Positions 1 to 13,200 of a stretch of DNA of 64,000 nucleotides are shown piece by piece. The stretch's first letter is position 1. Every line of letters starts with the position of its first letter. Made by a program: the position numbers and the translations under genes. Below the pieces are notes generated by a model, which had not been told where the DNA came from, searched no databases, and saw only the letters and a program-made list of their open reading frames with translations. The stretch spans positions 248,001 to 312,000 of the forward strand of contig CDMY01000366.1 of NCBI GenBank assembly GCA_001179505.1, read 5' to 3'. Source of the stretch: Vitrella brassicaformis CCMP3155. Taxonomy: Eukaryota; Protista; Chromerida.

Positions 1-3000
1 GACGACTGCACACAGGTATCGCAAAAGATGTGGTGTGGTGTTCAGTGCCCGTCGTCCTTCATGCGTGTGTGTACCTCTGCTGCCGACTCCTCCTCTCCTT
101 GTGGCGGGCTGATGAATATCGGGAGGGCCAGCTGGTAGTGGATGGGTTCTTTGGGGGTGAACCCAGCACGCACAGTCACCGTCTGCACCAGCATCTCATC
201 TCTCGTGTTCACGTCTGTCTGTCTCATCCACTTATGTGCACTGACTGGTTCATCACCTCACCTGGTCGACTTGTATGCTTCGTTCCGACGGCTCCATCTG
301 AAAGACCCCAGGGTACTTCTTCAGCGCCTCCACGTCCACAGCCCAGTTGACAGCCCTCTTGTCCGTATTGGTAAGGTCCAGTTCCAGCACTGACGCCACA
401 GTGGGTGCTGACACCACTGATGTGGTGACCACTTTGGTCTCGAAGTCCAGCAGGGTGGCGGACAGCAGCAGACGGGGACTCACCGCCTCCGCCTTGATCT
501 CGCGCCGCAACTCTGACAGCAACGATTGTGTGTTAGATGGAATGGACATGCGCGTGAGTCGAGTCAGGTGGTTTGTGGCTGCAGCCAGCTGACCTGGTGG
601 GACTGTGCCGCCCACGAAGCGCACCGGGAGGCTGAATGTGTGGGCCTTGATCTCAGTGGGCTGATACTGCACCTCCAGCATGAGTGTGGACCTCTGCGGC
701 ACCGTCACCTTCCATATGTGAGACAAACGCTCCTCTGACGTGAGACACAGGCAGGGGAGCAGAACTCACATACATGACACAACCAACACCGAGAAAGTGA
801 CGTGACATACCTTCGTCTTCGTCTTCATCGACGTCGGCTATCTCGACCATCTTGGTGGAGCTGCGCCGATCGAGCGCCTGTTGCTGCTGCTGGTCGGGTG
901 AGAGCCTCAACAACTCCATGGCCGGAGGCTTGGGGGGCTGCATCGCCTCCTCGTACTGACTCTGCAGATGAGACAAAGAGACACGGATTGCTTGGCCGAG
1001 TCAATCCCGGCGTTTTGTTGTGCTTGTGTCAGCAGACAGATCAGATCACCTTGGTGATTTTCTGCAGCATGTTTTCCATCATCCTCGCCGTTATGCGCTT
1101 GCCGCTTCTGTCTCCCTCCTTCTTGCCACCATCCCCCTCCCCGTTACTCCTGTCGCCCTTGTCGGCCTCCTGGCCCTCAAGCATCGCTTCAGCCACGGCC
1201 AGGGAGAACTCGGGCTTGTCGCTCAAGTCGACGTACAGCACGCAATCCACCGGCGACTCGTTGTGCAGAGTGAGCGGCCGAGACGCGAAACCGCCAAGGG
1301 TGATGGTCTCAAAATTGACCTCCGGCTCGGCGGCGCTGACCTCGGGCACCAACGCCTGATGAATAAATGGACGAGCGAGTGATGGGTGTCGCGTCTCCAG
1401 ACACGTGTGGCTTTGTCTGGCTCACGGTGAGGACGATGGGCAGCCTTGCCGGTTTGCCTCCTCTCGGTCTCACTTGCAGCACACCGTTGACCTCCCTGGG
1501 GTCGGCGAGGAGAGCCGTCACTTGCAGCTCGGTGGTACCGCCGGACGGCAGGCGTGTGCGGGTGGGTGCGACACTCATGGCATCGGGCACATCCTCGACG
1601 AACACGATGGCGTTAGTGGAGCCTGGGTTGGATATCACGGCAGACTGCTCGATGCGCTGGCCGACGGCCACACTGCCCAAGTCCATCCTCTTCGTCACGA
1701 AGTGAACCGTGCCCTCGGGAGTCACGCCCGTGCAATGGAGCCTGACCATACGCGCAACACTGTGTCTCCATCCAACATGTAAGTGAGAACGTTCCATCTT
1801 CTCACTTGACGTCCTCCCCATCCTCGATTTTGAGTGTGAGGAAGGCCTCAACGGTGTCTCCGTGCGGTGGTGGGGTGAATGTCACACTGCACGACTGCCC
1901 GCCTCCTGCCTTGACCTGCCCCTCTGACGGCACCACCCGGAACTGGCCACCCAGGGCATTGGTGGTGTCATCTGGCTCGAGCCACCTGAAGCGGGCGGTG
2001 GCGTTGCCGTGGTTTGCCAGGATGATAGTCTCTGTCAGAGTGGCCTCCAGACTGTCCTCGGCGAATCTGAAGTTCAGCTCCTCTCGCGAGAGCTTGAGAC
2101 GGACAGGGATGACCTGCCCACTCACGGAGAACTTCACCGGATACCTGACATACACAACACAGAACGAAACGGGGAGACACACCCATGATGTACGAGGGTG
2201 TCTAATGGCTTGCCGTGGGTCTCACTTGCCGTTGATGGTGGCGACGCACTGCCGGTGCACGGGACCAGGCTGATCTGAGCATATGACGATGTCAAAACCA
2301 GCCGCCTGCGCGCTGGGGACTACCTATTGACACACATATATGCAATCGGTGTTCACCCAGCACGGCACAACGAGTGACGACTCACCTGCGAGAGCGGAGT
2401 GGATCGTTTCAGCTCTGTCCCGCCATTCTTTGTGTTGGTGTCGGTGCCGTTGGTGACAGTGATGGCCACCAGCACGGACGACGGCAGGTCGTTGAACACC
2501 GACAGACACTTGGTCGAATGGGACTTGACGTAGATCTCACCGAAGTCAAGATTCTAACACCCCAGTCAGTCAAGACACACACATCGACGGAGGCATGTGA
2601 TGTGCGTGGGCTGGGTTGTTTCCTCCCAATCCAATAGCTCACGCACCTTTGGGCCGATGGAGATAAGTTGCAGCTGCCACGCCTCCAACTCAGCAGCGCA
2701 GTCCCGAACCTCTGCTTGCGTGCTCGGGTGAGCCTGACAGACAGATAGACAAGACACCCCAACACGCACATCTACATGTAGCTTAGCTTGTTCTTATATA
2801 TGTCGCTGGTCTACCTTGAACTTCTTCTTGAAGAGCTTGTTCTCGTTGTGGACGTATCTCTTGCCCGTCACCCCCCTGGCCTCCAGCCCCTCGTCCATTG
2901 GCCGCTTCAGCCACAGGGGCTCGCGGGGCACTTCACTCGCCTTAGGCACAGGAGCCTTCAGGCCACTGCCAGGCGTCAGGCCCAGATCCGCTACCTCTGA

Positions 3001-5213
3001 TAGTTTCAGGACATCATTCTCGGCCTGCTCGAGCTGCTTCTTGATAGTGGCTGCCTCGCGCTGCTGCCGGCGATATGCCTGGCCCCCGTGGCGCATGGCC
3101 TACATCCACGCAGACAGACATAGACAGGTGCATCCGACCGATTTCAAGAAATCGTTTATCTGCCTCACCCGAGTGTATTTCTGTCTATTGACGATTTTGT
3201 CCCTGAGTTGTTGTGTGCCGAGGGCGAACGGGTTGGCGTCAACAGTGATGGTGCTCTGGCTCATCTGCATGGTCTGCAGCAGCGAGTCCAAAGCCTTGTT
3301 GTCCTCCTCAGCCCAATGCTCCTTCTTCATCAGTCGAGTCATCGTCGGCGGACCGCCCTTCTGCCTCTTCATCTGCACAGCGTCCTCCTCTCTCACGTAC
3401 TGGTACTGTGGCGCCAGGTCGTCGGCTGTCTTGTCCAGCCCGCCCTTGGTGGTGGTCTTGGGCAGCAGCTTTGGTTTGGCGGCGAACAATGGGGAGGGCA
3501 GCCCCTCGGCCTCCACCTCTAGATGCATCGAGTAGAGCGTGTCTGCATAGCGAATCGTGAGCGGCTTGACATGGGGGCCGGTGTGGTTGGGCAGGAAGGT
3601 CACAACCAGAGGGAGCGACTCCAGGGGACCGAGCGTGCCCTACTCAGTCAGTCAAGATGGAAGATTATGAAGTGTTTCTGTCTGTCTGTTGTCGTGTCTC
3701 TCCCTGTGCTGTGTGACGTGCTTACGTGTGTGACGGAAGAGAAGATGGATGTGACTTTGTCGATTTTGAATGTGAGCGGCAGGTGTGCGTGACGATTGGT
3801 GAGGGTCATGCCCCGGTCCCTCCTCTCCCCCACAGGGCATCCCCCGAACACCAGCCTGTCAGCCGGGCCCACACCCAGCCCCGGCACGCTCGCCACGGCC
3901 CGCACATTGAGGCTGGTCGTCTGCATCAGCTCCTCGCACTCGACGATGCATTTGACGTCGATCGGCTTCTGCATGGCCTCAATAGCCTCCATCTGCTGGC
4001 CGGTGAAGAAGCCCTTCTGCGGCACATACGGGGGTGTCGTGAGAGTCACTGATATCTGCAGCTCGCCATACGCAGGGACGGTCCCGGAGCAGGGCGAGAT
4101 GGACACGAGGGAGGTAGAGGGGGACGACGAGACGGCCGAACGAATGAGGGCGTCGAGGGGGTCCTCGTTGTCGAGTGGAGTGGGGGAGGGGTTCAGATCG
4201 TCTTGGCTTATTGACGGTTGGGGCTGGGCACGGAAATGGGCTGGGAAGGGGCCGTCGTTCAGCAGGGAGATAGTCTTCTTTCGCGACTGGCCGAAGTACA
4301 GCCGGCCCATATCGACGGCGTCGGTCTCCTCTGTGCCAACCAGACAGTGCAGCCGCTCCGTCACCGACACACCACGCAGCTCGATGGCCGGCGGACGGCC
4401 ATCCAGTGCAGACACACCGGTCAGCCTGACCTTCACACGCTCCTCGAACGCCCCGCCTGTTGCCCTCCTCTGCTCATCTTTCTGAGCCATGATCTCCACT
4501 CGCACTTTCAGGCTCTTGCGTGCCTCAATGGTGGCGCTGGGCGGGGCGAAGGCCACCTGCAGGCCGGGTGTCTTGAGGTCGTCGCACGAGAGGCTGAATG
4601 TGCCGCCGATGCTGCCAGCGTTGTGCAGGAGCACCTCCTTGGTCGAGTGGCAGCCGACGAGTATCTTGCCGAAGTCGAGGCGAGTGGGGTAGGAGATGAC
4701 AGCGCATGGCGACCTGGCGCAGAGGGGCACGTCCACCCTCCCAAACTCGGTGACGACCACAAGCACGTCGTCAATGTCCTCCTCGCCCAGCCTGTGACCT
4801 TCAGCTCCTTCCGCATCTTTCCTCCTTGCCTGTCCCTTCGTGCCACCCGCCCCTCCCGCTCTGTCAGTCAAGGCCCCGGAGAACAAGTACTCCACTTCGA
4901 CTTGCAATGGCAGCCCGGGCGCCACAGCGTCGGCCGGCTTGACATGCGGCGCGAGGCGGAAGACGGAGGACTTGGGCGGGAGGAACCGCACGCGGACAGC
5001 TTTGCAGGTGAGGTTGCGGATGACGAAGGCCTGGATGTATCGCGTGTGGCGCTGCACGTCCAGGAACTGCAGCTGCGGCGGCTCCAATGACAGGTAGTGG
5101 CTGAGCTGGGGCATTGATGAGGGAGCCGCCTGGGGTGCATCTGAGGTGGACTTACGGGCTGTGAGGGAGAGGACGGCGGGAGGGCCGGCGGGCGACGGGA
5201 TGGCGGGAGGCAT
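1..5213 (-). CDS. CFAP47: CFAP47-like cilia/flagella-associated protein (tandem ASH/Hydin-type Ig-like domains); multi-exon, runs off the left edge
   Basis: ATG at 5213, first exon about 3756-5213. Repeated ASH-type strands: LQFLDVQ..IRNLT, LDFGKILVG...LHNAG, DMGRLYFG...LLNDGP, LVFGGCPVGE..LTNRH, MDLGSVAVGQ..ISNPG, VNFETITLG..LHNES. The motif DLGLTPGSGLKAP matches the CFAP47 motif as I recall it (DIGLEPGSGLKSP). GT-AG introns join the ORF fragments. Confidence 0.8.
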
Positions 5214-5498
5214 GTTGGTTGGAAGACAGATAGACGCTAAGCAAGGGCTGCGTTTGATGCTCAGTGACGGCTGTGTTCGTAGTGGGGGCTATGTGTGAGA
5301 GAGCGGTTTTTATGTGTGGGCGAGCGAGCTAACAGCAGTCTCGCATTTTCCCGATAATTCGATTGACGTAAGCAGCGTCTGATCTCGAGTCTACCGTCCA
5401 TCAAGACCATCCATTCACGCAGGCAAGAGAGCAAATTGCAGACGGGATCACTACTGCAAGCAACTCCCATTGTTGGCAGCAGGAATACGGCTTACGAA

Positions 5499-8038
5499 AT
5501 GAGGTCGGGCGGGTTGGGATCTCGTCCGCAGCAGGTGTATTGGGAACAGCAGGGCCAAGACAGAATGTGTGCGCTGCACTGCCTCAACTCACTTGTGCAG
5601 GTCAGTGAGCTGAGCACCCGACGAGTGGTTGACGAGGACAGGACGGGCACGCCTGCATCTATCTGTCTTTCTACGCTGCCTGCCTGCCTGCCTGCCGCTG
5701 CGTGTGTCCGTCCATTCAGGGTCCGGTGTTCACAGCAGCTGATCTGTCGAAAATCGCCGTTGGCCTTGACGAGGACGAGAAGAAACTCATGGAAGTGGGA
5801 GATTCGAAGGACCTCAAGGCGTTCCTCGCTGAGGGATCAGCCAAGTAGGAGGGAGGGAGGACAGCGCCGCTTTGCGCACACACGCAAGTTGGTTGATTGA
5901 GTTGCGTGTGTGTGTGTTCAGCGTTGCAGATGACGGGTTCTTTTCTGTGACGGTCATCATCAAGTGTCTGGAGCAGAGGGGCATACAGTGCATACCCTCC
6001 TACCGCCCAGACGTCATCGAGTCCATGCAGAATCCATCGTGAGCTCAATTAACTAAGGAGAGAGAGGATTGGCGTAGACAGAGGAGAACGAAGGCACCCC
6101 CAACGTTGGTTGGTTTGGCACTGTCATGTGTGTTCAGCAAGGAGGAGGCGTTTTTGTTCAACCTGGCGGAGCACTGGTTCGCCGTCCGCAAAGTCAACGG
6201 CACATGGTCAGTGAGTGAGTGCGGGAGGGAGGGAGGGAGGGAGGGACAAGGCAGCACACAACCCTCCACCCACCTCGTGTGTCTGTTTGCGGATGTGTGT
6301 GTGTAGGTACAATCTCGACTCCATGAAGGTGCCGAGCATCATCGGTGAGTTCGGGCTGAGTGCCTTCATCACTGCCGTGGTCGAGAAGGGCTACTCCATA
6401 TTCGTCATTCGGGGGTTCCTGCCGCAGCCAGACCCAGAGGTAGGTAGCTACACAAATGCACCCACCTAACACACATACATCCCGTCCCATGCCGCTCACT
6501 CACTTGGTTGCATCTGTGTGTGCTGCCATCCTTTGTGCTGTGCAGGACGTTCGCCGCTGCAGCCCACATCAGAAGTACCTCACAAACGCCCAGATCGAAA
6601 GTACCCCAGCGGCTCATTGAGGCGTCCAGTCCGCCAGCCCACAACTCTTTCTGTGTCTGTGTGTGCAGAGATGCAGGAAGAGGCCAAGGTGAAGGACGCC
6701 AAGGACATGAAGGCAGCCCAGGACCTCGTCAACTCCAAAGAGGGAGGGGGAGAATCCTCGGGCGCTGCCGATGGCGACGTGAGACCATGAACCACCGAGG
6801 GATACCGTGGGCACTCAGCTTCATTGTCCTTCCCTTGTGTGTATGCTCCATTCATGTGTGATGCAGAGCTCCTCTGGTCCCAATTTCCTGGTCCGCAACC
6901 CCCACGAGGCCCCCAAACACGAATGGCCCGACTCAGGCGGACAGTGAGTCGCGACTACCAAAGTCTGATGCCATATCGATGTGGGCTGATTCCCCTCCCT
7001 CCCTCCCTCCCTGTCTGTCCGTGTGTGTCAATCAATGGTTGTGTGTGTCAGGCGTCTTGGCGGCGGCGCTGCAGCGGAGGCTGTCCCTGCGATTGGCGAG
7101 GAGCACATCGACCTCGGTGACAAGGAAACCACACAAGAACAAATATATCCGGCAGATGGGCTTTGATGGGACGGGTGGTACATGGTACGGTGTGTATGGT
7201 ATGGTATGGTATGGCGTGCAGATGAGGACCCTGAGCTCGCTGAGGCGCTCCGCCTGTCGATGGAAACACACAAACAGGTAGGTACCCATGACAGACATGA
7301 ACGAACGATGACAGACAGGACTTACATCTCACGTGACGTGGTTATGTGTGTGTGCGTCAGGCCCTGCCCAGGCCGCCCGAGGAGCCCACGTCAGGACGCG
7401 CCTATACGGTGCAGGTAAGCTTCATCCAGCCACTCACTGATTGAGTGACACGTCTGTCTGTCCGTCTGTCTGTCTCTCTGTCTGTCTCTCTGTCGTCAGG
7501 TGCGTCTTCCTTCCGGCGGCCGCATGGTGCGCAAGTTTGCGCCTTCACACATCATCAAGGTAAGCACCTACCTTACCTGACACTACTCACTCTACTCTTG
7601 GCGTACGTATTGTGCGTGGTTCGCCCCCCCCGCAGCATTTGTTCCACTGGTTGGAGTATGAGGAGCTGAGCGGCGTCGAGCCCAAACTCAGCATGCGGGG
7701 CACGTGGTCACTGGTCGTCCCATTCCCAAAGTAGCCCACCGACAACAGGCCCAACCGACACACCGTGAACCCTCTCTCCTTTGTCCATGTGTCTGTCTGT
7801 CTGTCTGTCTGTCGTCAGGAAGCGCTATGCCCGCGAGTCGGAGGGGCGTATCGTCCTGTACGAGGGAACGAATGTGCGTGAGGGAACCAGCCGGCATTAC
7901 ACTGAGGGCAGCCATGAAATGAATGAGACAACACGCGTGTGCGTGTGTATGTGTGTGTAGGGTGGTGTGGATGTGTCTGAGGTGACATTGGAGTCGCTGG
8001 GCTTCTCGAACCAGGAGGCATTCAACCTGCAGCTCTGA
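5499..8038 (+). CDS. ATXN3: Ataxin-3-like deubiquitinase: Josephin domain + UIM + C-terminal UBX domain; multi-exon
   Basis: Josephin: VYWEQQGQDRMCALHCLNSL (catalytic Cys), NVADDGFFSV, FLFNLAEHWFAVRK (His), WYNLDS (Asn). UIM: DEDPELAEALRLSM. Spliced tail YTVQ|VRLPSGGRMVRKFAPSHIIK|HLFHWLE..WSLVVPFP..VTLESLGFSNQEAFNLQL* is UBX-like. Confidence 0.88.
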
Positions 8039-8635
8039 CTCAGATGACCAATCAGCTGAGCCAGGCGGGCGGGCCGGGCGGGGGGGCATTCATATATACG
8101 AGGGCTTGTCAGTCAGTGCGGGCCGAATGGCTGTGTGACACAAACGTTACGTACGTGGCGACAAAGACGTAGAGTGCAGCAAAATGGATGGATGCCACAA
8201 CCATTGATTCATTCACTTAATGAATGGGATGGATGAATGGGTGCATGGATGGATTTGATGGGTCCATCCATCCATGCGGCTCATCGAGTCTATCGTGACT
8301 GTCAGCTGCTCGCTTTATTGAATCCATGCAAAGTGAGCGCGGCTCACTGCGCCCTCCCCCCTCCTTTGCCTGAGAGAGAGAGCGACCGTGAACGGACGGA
8401 TGTCCTTGAGAACGGATGGAATTATGCAACGCGTGTGCACGTGCTGGAATTGTTGGTCTATGTATGTGTGTGGGTCTTGACAAGTCTCACGACACACGCA
8501 CCAAACGCCGGAAATAACACAGCGCACGGCATCCATCCATCCATCGATCCATCTTGCCAGACTGCAGCCTGTACAGAGAGTGATGGCGGCATCAGACAAC
8601 GATAGAGCTACCGCACAGCCAGTAAGTACGCTACG

Positions 8636-9990
8636 CTACACGAGCAGCACCGCATTGATGCAGCCATCCAACTCGGGATTGTTGGTCACCTGCGCATACT
8701 TGGCTGCAGTGCACACACACACAAGGAAGAAAATGGCCCAACCCCGTCCATGCTCGCTTCACCTGACTTGACTTACCCCAGACGACTTTGCCGGTTTGCG
8801 TGACGAGGCCCAAGTCGCTCACATTCACCTCGATGATCGCACCTGACCCAATCCGCACACACACACAGGCCCACACACATCAACAGGCACCCTCATGCAC
8901 CTCCCTCCCTCCCTCCGTCTCCCTCTTCCCGACCCGACACACACCCACGCACCCTTTGTGATGACGCCGAGCGATGTGTAGAGGTGGCTCTGTGGGTTTT
9001 TCTTGACGCCCACAATGTCGAGTTGGAAGGTGGTCTTGAGGTCGGGGTGCGTCACGTGGGCCTTTTTGTACCGAAGGCCGCTCGGACGGATGTACCGCTC
9101 GTACTTGGGCGGCTTACGCGTGAACTCCTCGCCGACGTAACACGCCTTGTTGATGACGCGCTTCCACATCTTCTCTGATCGATGGATATATGGACCAAAG
9201 GGATGGATGGCAGCAAGGGATAATGGAAATGACAAAGGGGGTGAGGTGAAGGCATGTTCTCGGTTTGTGTTGGTTTGCGTACTTTTCCTTTTGCCGGATC
9301 TCATGATTTTGAACATTTCGTCTTCGCTGAGTGCCTTGACCTTTGGGATGGGGACCTGCCACTTGCCCGCCTTCTCCTTCCGCTTCTGCTTGATCATGTT
9401 GCTCAACACCTAAATGAACATTGCCACATACGACACCACACACAGAGAGAGAGGGGGCGTGCACGCGTGTGGTACACACAGGTGTGTTCGTCTGCAGCAC
9501 TCCTTCACCTTAGTGCGTGAGATGTTTTCCCTGTCGAGGAGGTAAGCGGGGATGGCGCCCTCGGGGACCTTCTCCTCCTTCTGCTTGGCGTCCTTCTCCT
9601 CGTGCATCTTCAATCTGACCAACCAACCACAGACACACACAACACACATCCAGGTGGTCTAACAGATATGCTGTGTGTGCATCTATCCATTCATCCGTCC
9701 GTGTGGTGTACGTACGTCTTTTTCATTTGGACTTTCTCGGCGTATCGTTTCCTGTTGTAGAGCTTGGCCTTGATGTCGCGCAGCCTCTGCGCTATCTGGG
9801 ACTTCTTGTGCGGCTCCCGACCCTCCTTCTTACGCCTGACACACAGACAGACAACAGACAGCCACACAAACACCACACCCGATTCTCATCTTGCTGCCCG
9901 CAGCTGCTGCACGACTGACTTTTTCTCGAAGTGGTCGAGGCGGTATCCGAACCGCTTCCTGTGCTGCTCGATGTACTCGTTCTGCGGCAT
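8636..9990 (-). CDS. NSA2: Ribosome biogenesis protein NSA2; multi-exon
   Basis: [123 protein letters not shown]. Confidence 0.97.
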
Positions 9991-10053
9991 GGCGGATGGA
10001 TGGATAGACGAACGCGTCAGCCGCTTGCCGACACAGATCAGCTGAGGCGACGC

Positions 10054-10099
10054 GACAAAGATGGCAATCCGTATAGACAAAGATGGCAATCCGTATAGA
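10054..10099. repeat. Perfect 22-bp tandem duplication (GACAAAGATGGCAATCCGTATA x2) in the NSA2/RAB3GAP1 intergenic region
   Basis: Read directly: copies at 10054-10075 and 10076-10097. Confidence 0.95.
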
Positions 10100-10214
10100 T
10101 TCCTCTCGGTTGTGCAGTCACCCAAGCAGCTTCACCGGGAGAGGGAGAGGCACGGCGATCCGTTTGCGAGATGAGCTCGCAGATCAAAAGCTCTCTCTTC
10201 CCTTGCCGCAGACC

Positions 10215-13200
10215 ATGGGGGACAGCACGGAGTCAACTGATGCTTTCGCTGATGCCCTCGAGCACCACGAGGAAGCCCAAGTTACGATGGATGGCCGAGC
10301 TGCCGTCGATGCGCCGCGCCTATCGTGGGTGCTGAAGACGGCCGAAGGACAGGCAGACGACGGCAACGAAGATATGGACGAGGTGGATGAGTTTCTGGCG
10401 CGAGAGGAGACGGCCACTGACACGGCGGTGGACGATGGTGAGTGAGATCTGCAGACCAGATGCAGATCAGGTGCATGCGGCTTATGGATCTACGTAATTG
10501 TGGGCCTGATGGCTGCTGCAGGCACTCCGTCGTCCTGCGGTCGGCGTGACAGCAGCGAGGTGTTTGAGATCCGCGACTTCACCACGGCCACGCCGCTTGA
10601 GAGGCTGTCGAGGCAGATGGAGCTCGTCATCGAGCAGTGGAAACGCAACGGACTCTTCGACAGCCAAAGACCGGCCGCAAACTCGTCAGTCAAGGAGAGC
10701 GCTGTCTTTGTTTTCGACCGATACACATATCGGCTGTCCTTCTACCGCGCCCACACTGCCACCCCCACCACCCCTACCACAAAGGGTGATGATGATGGGG
10801 CTCAGCTTTGTCAGGGGTCGTCGGGTCTCCCCTCCCCCCTCTCCATGCTATCGTCCCTCCACCGCTCGCCCGACTTTCCTGTGAGGTGCCCGCGGCTGCA
10901 GCGATGGTTCGGCGTGACCGAGTACCTCTGTCTGGAGCTCCTCAACGAGTCCAACAAGTGCATCGACCTACACAGAGACGCCGTCCCACCGGTGCTCAGC
11001 GCACTCTCCGTCGCTGCACGCACGTCGGTGCCCTCTCGGCCGCTGGCGTGTTTCCTGGCCTCGTCGGCCACGAGGCACCGGTACAGTGGGCATCTGCTCG
11101 TGCGCGGTGAGGGTATTGGTGAGGGAGAAGGCGTGTGGGTGACTTATGAGACGGACTGTCGGGACATGGCCAATGCTGCCGACGCGAAAAATCCGGTCGG
11201 ACAGATTCTTGGTGAGAGAATAAGTGAAAGACACAAAGGCAGGAGGGCATTATGGGTGACGGGAGACCTTTCTTGTGTTGATTCTTTCTCATCCATCCAT
11301 CCATCCATCAGGCCTTGCTGACTTCCTGGGCGTGCAGCTGTCCCTCTCTTCTCCCTCCCTGCGTGGCCTCACCCTCTCATGCCGGTTCACCTATGTGGTG
11401 GATCACTGGCAGTTCCCACCCCTCCAGCCGCCAACCGTCGGTCCCACAACCAAGGGGGGCATCGGCATCAGGAGGCCCCCGTCCCCCTTCGAAGACGCAT
11501 TCGTCGATGTCAGTGGGCAGCTGGGGGCGACAGGCGGGGTGGAGTCAGGCGGCGAGAGGGTGAGGAAGACCGACAGCGATGCGGCCGAGGAGACCGACAT
11601 CGATATGGTGCACAATGAAGGGTAGGGAGATGGGCAAACACACTCACACCTACAGGCCGTCACGGTGGGTGCTTCCATTCCACCTTGTCCTCTCTTGTTT
11701 GTATTTTGTTTGTATGGTGGTGCGTGATCGTGATCAGCTCCCCCACCCCGGCCAGGAGCGACCAGCCGTCGGCACGGTCGCGGCAGACCACGGCAGCCCG
11801 TCGGATGGGCTCGCCTTCTCAAAGCAAGCCCACCAAGAGTGAGATCACGCCCCGCCCACCCCGACCACCCCAGGGAGCTCACACTTGGGCCGACGATGAC
11901 GCAGCGATGATCCCTGAACCGATTGGCGCGCTGCACCTGTCGTGCACATGGCCTCCCATGACACTGGTTCGTTCCTATACATCCGCACACGGACAACCCC
12001 CATACCAGCGGACTGGACTCACGTGCCTGTCTGTCTGTCTGTCTGTTAGGGCTCCTTTCTCGACTTGTCCCTCCCCTCATCTCTGCCGCCTGACCTCGCC
12101 CCCCGGTGGTCACTCCGTGTGCTGCCGTCATCGACCCTCTCGCCCACAGAGAGGAGGCGGCTGCTGCCCGCCTGCAGACGGGCCCGCATGCTGGCCGAGC
12201 TGCTCAGTGAGGGCCGGGGAGTCAAGAGCGTCTTGGGGCGGCTGAACGTGCCGGTGGCGAGCACTGCGCTAGGGGCTATTGGTGTGAGTCTGATGGAGTC
12301 GCTCGAGAGCGTCCTCATGCCGTCTGCCGAAGAGGTCACCCACATGGTGACGCGGTGCTTCGAGCCACTCCCTCCTTTAGCTACCAGTAACACCAGCAGC
12401 AGCACCAGCAGCAGCAGCGCCAGCAGCTCTCCTCCCCCGCCCCCCTCACCGTATCCGCCAATCACAGCCTCACCATGGACCCAGTGGCACAGCAATGTCG
12501 GCCCACCATCTGCTGCTGCTGCTGCTGCTGCTGGTAATGGACCTGCCAGCGACACTAGTGGTGGTGGTCTGGAGGAGTGCTGTGTTCGGCTGAAGGGGTG
12601 TCCGCCCGGGACCCTGCTGTGGCGTGTGGCTGCCCTAAGCGGCGACCTACGGAGCTTCAAGGGCCTGGCACTGCTGTGGTCAAGAGTCGTCGCAGGTAGC
12701 TAAGAGAGAGAGAGAGAGAGAGAGACATCACCACACCACTAGGTCCTGCTCTGGTTTTGGGCCCTTTGTTATATATCATCCATCCATCAGAGTTGCGAGC
12801 TCGGTGGGAGGCCTGTACGCCGATCCGGTCGCTGGGCCCGCTGCCCGACGGTATGCTCGGCACCCCCACCATCGCCCACTGCCTGCTGCACCAGAAGCTG
12901 CAGCTCCTCAACTGCGCCATCGTCCAGAAGGCCATTATGAAGAGGAGAGGACAGCAGCAGCAGCAGCAGCAGCAGGATGCCAGCCACGCACCGCTGCAGC
13001 TGCAGGTCCACCCGCCGCTCACAGAGGACGGACTCATCCTGTACGAGGCGCGGCTGAGCGCTTTGCCGACGGATGAAGCGAGAAGGGACATGCTGTATGC
13101 CCCGCTGAGGTCTGACGCGCAGGCCTATCGGAGAGCGTATCCCAGTCACGCTGTCACCGACTTTGTGGCGTGGCGGCACGAGTACTATTCGGCAATGGGG

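Noticed and set aside
12415-12975. (GCT)n and (CAG)n tracts suggesting repeat-expansion loci
   Set aside because: Short poly-Ala, poly-Ser and poly-Gln runs occur in many disordered regions of this window. The ataxin-3 homologue itself has no polyQ.
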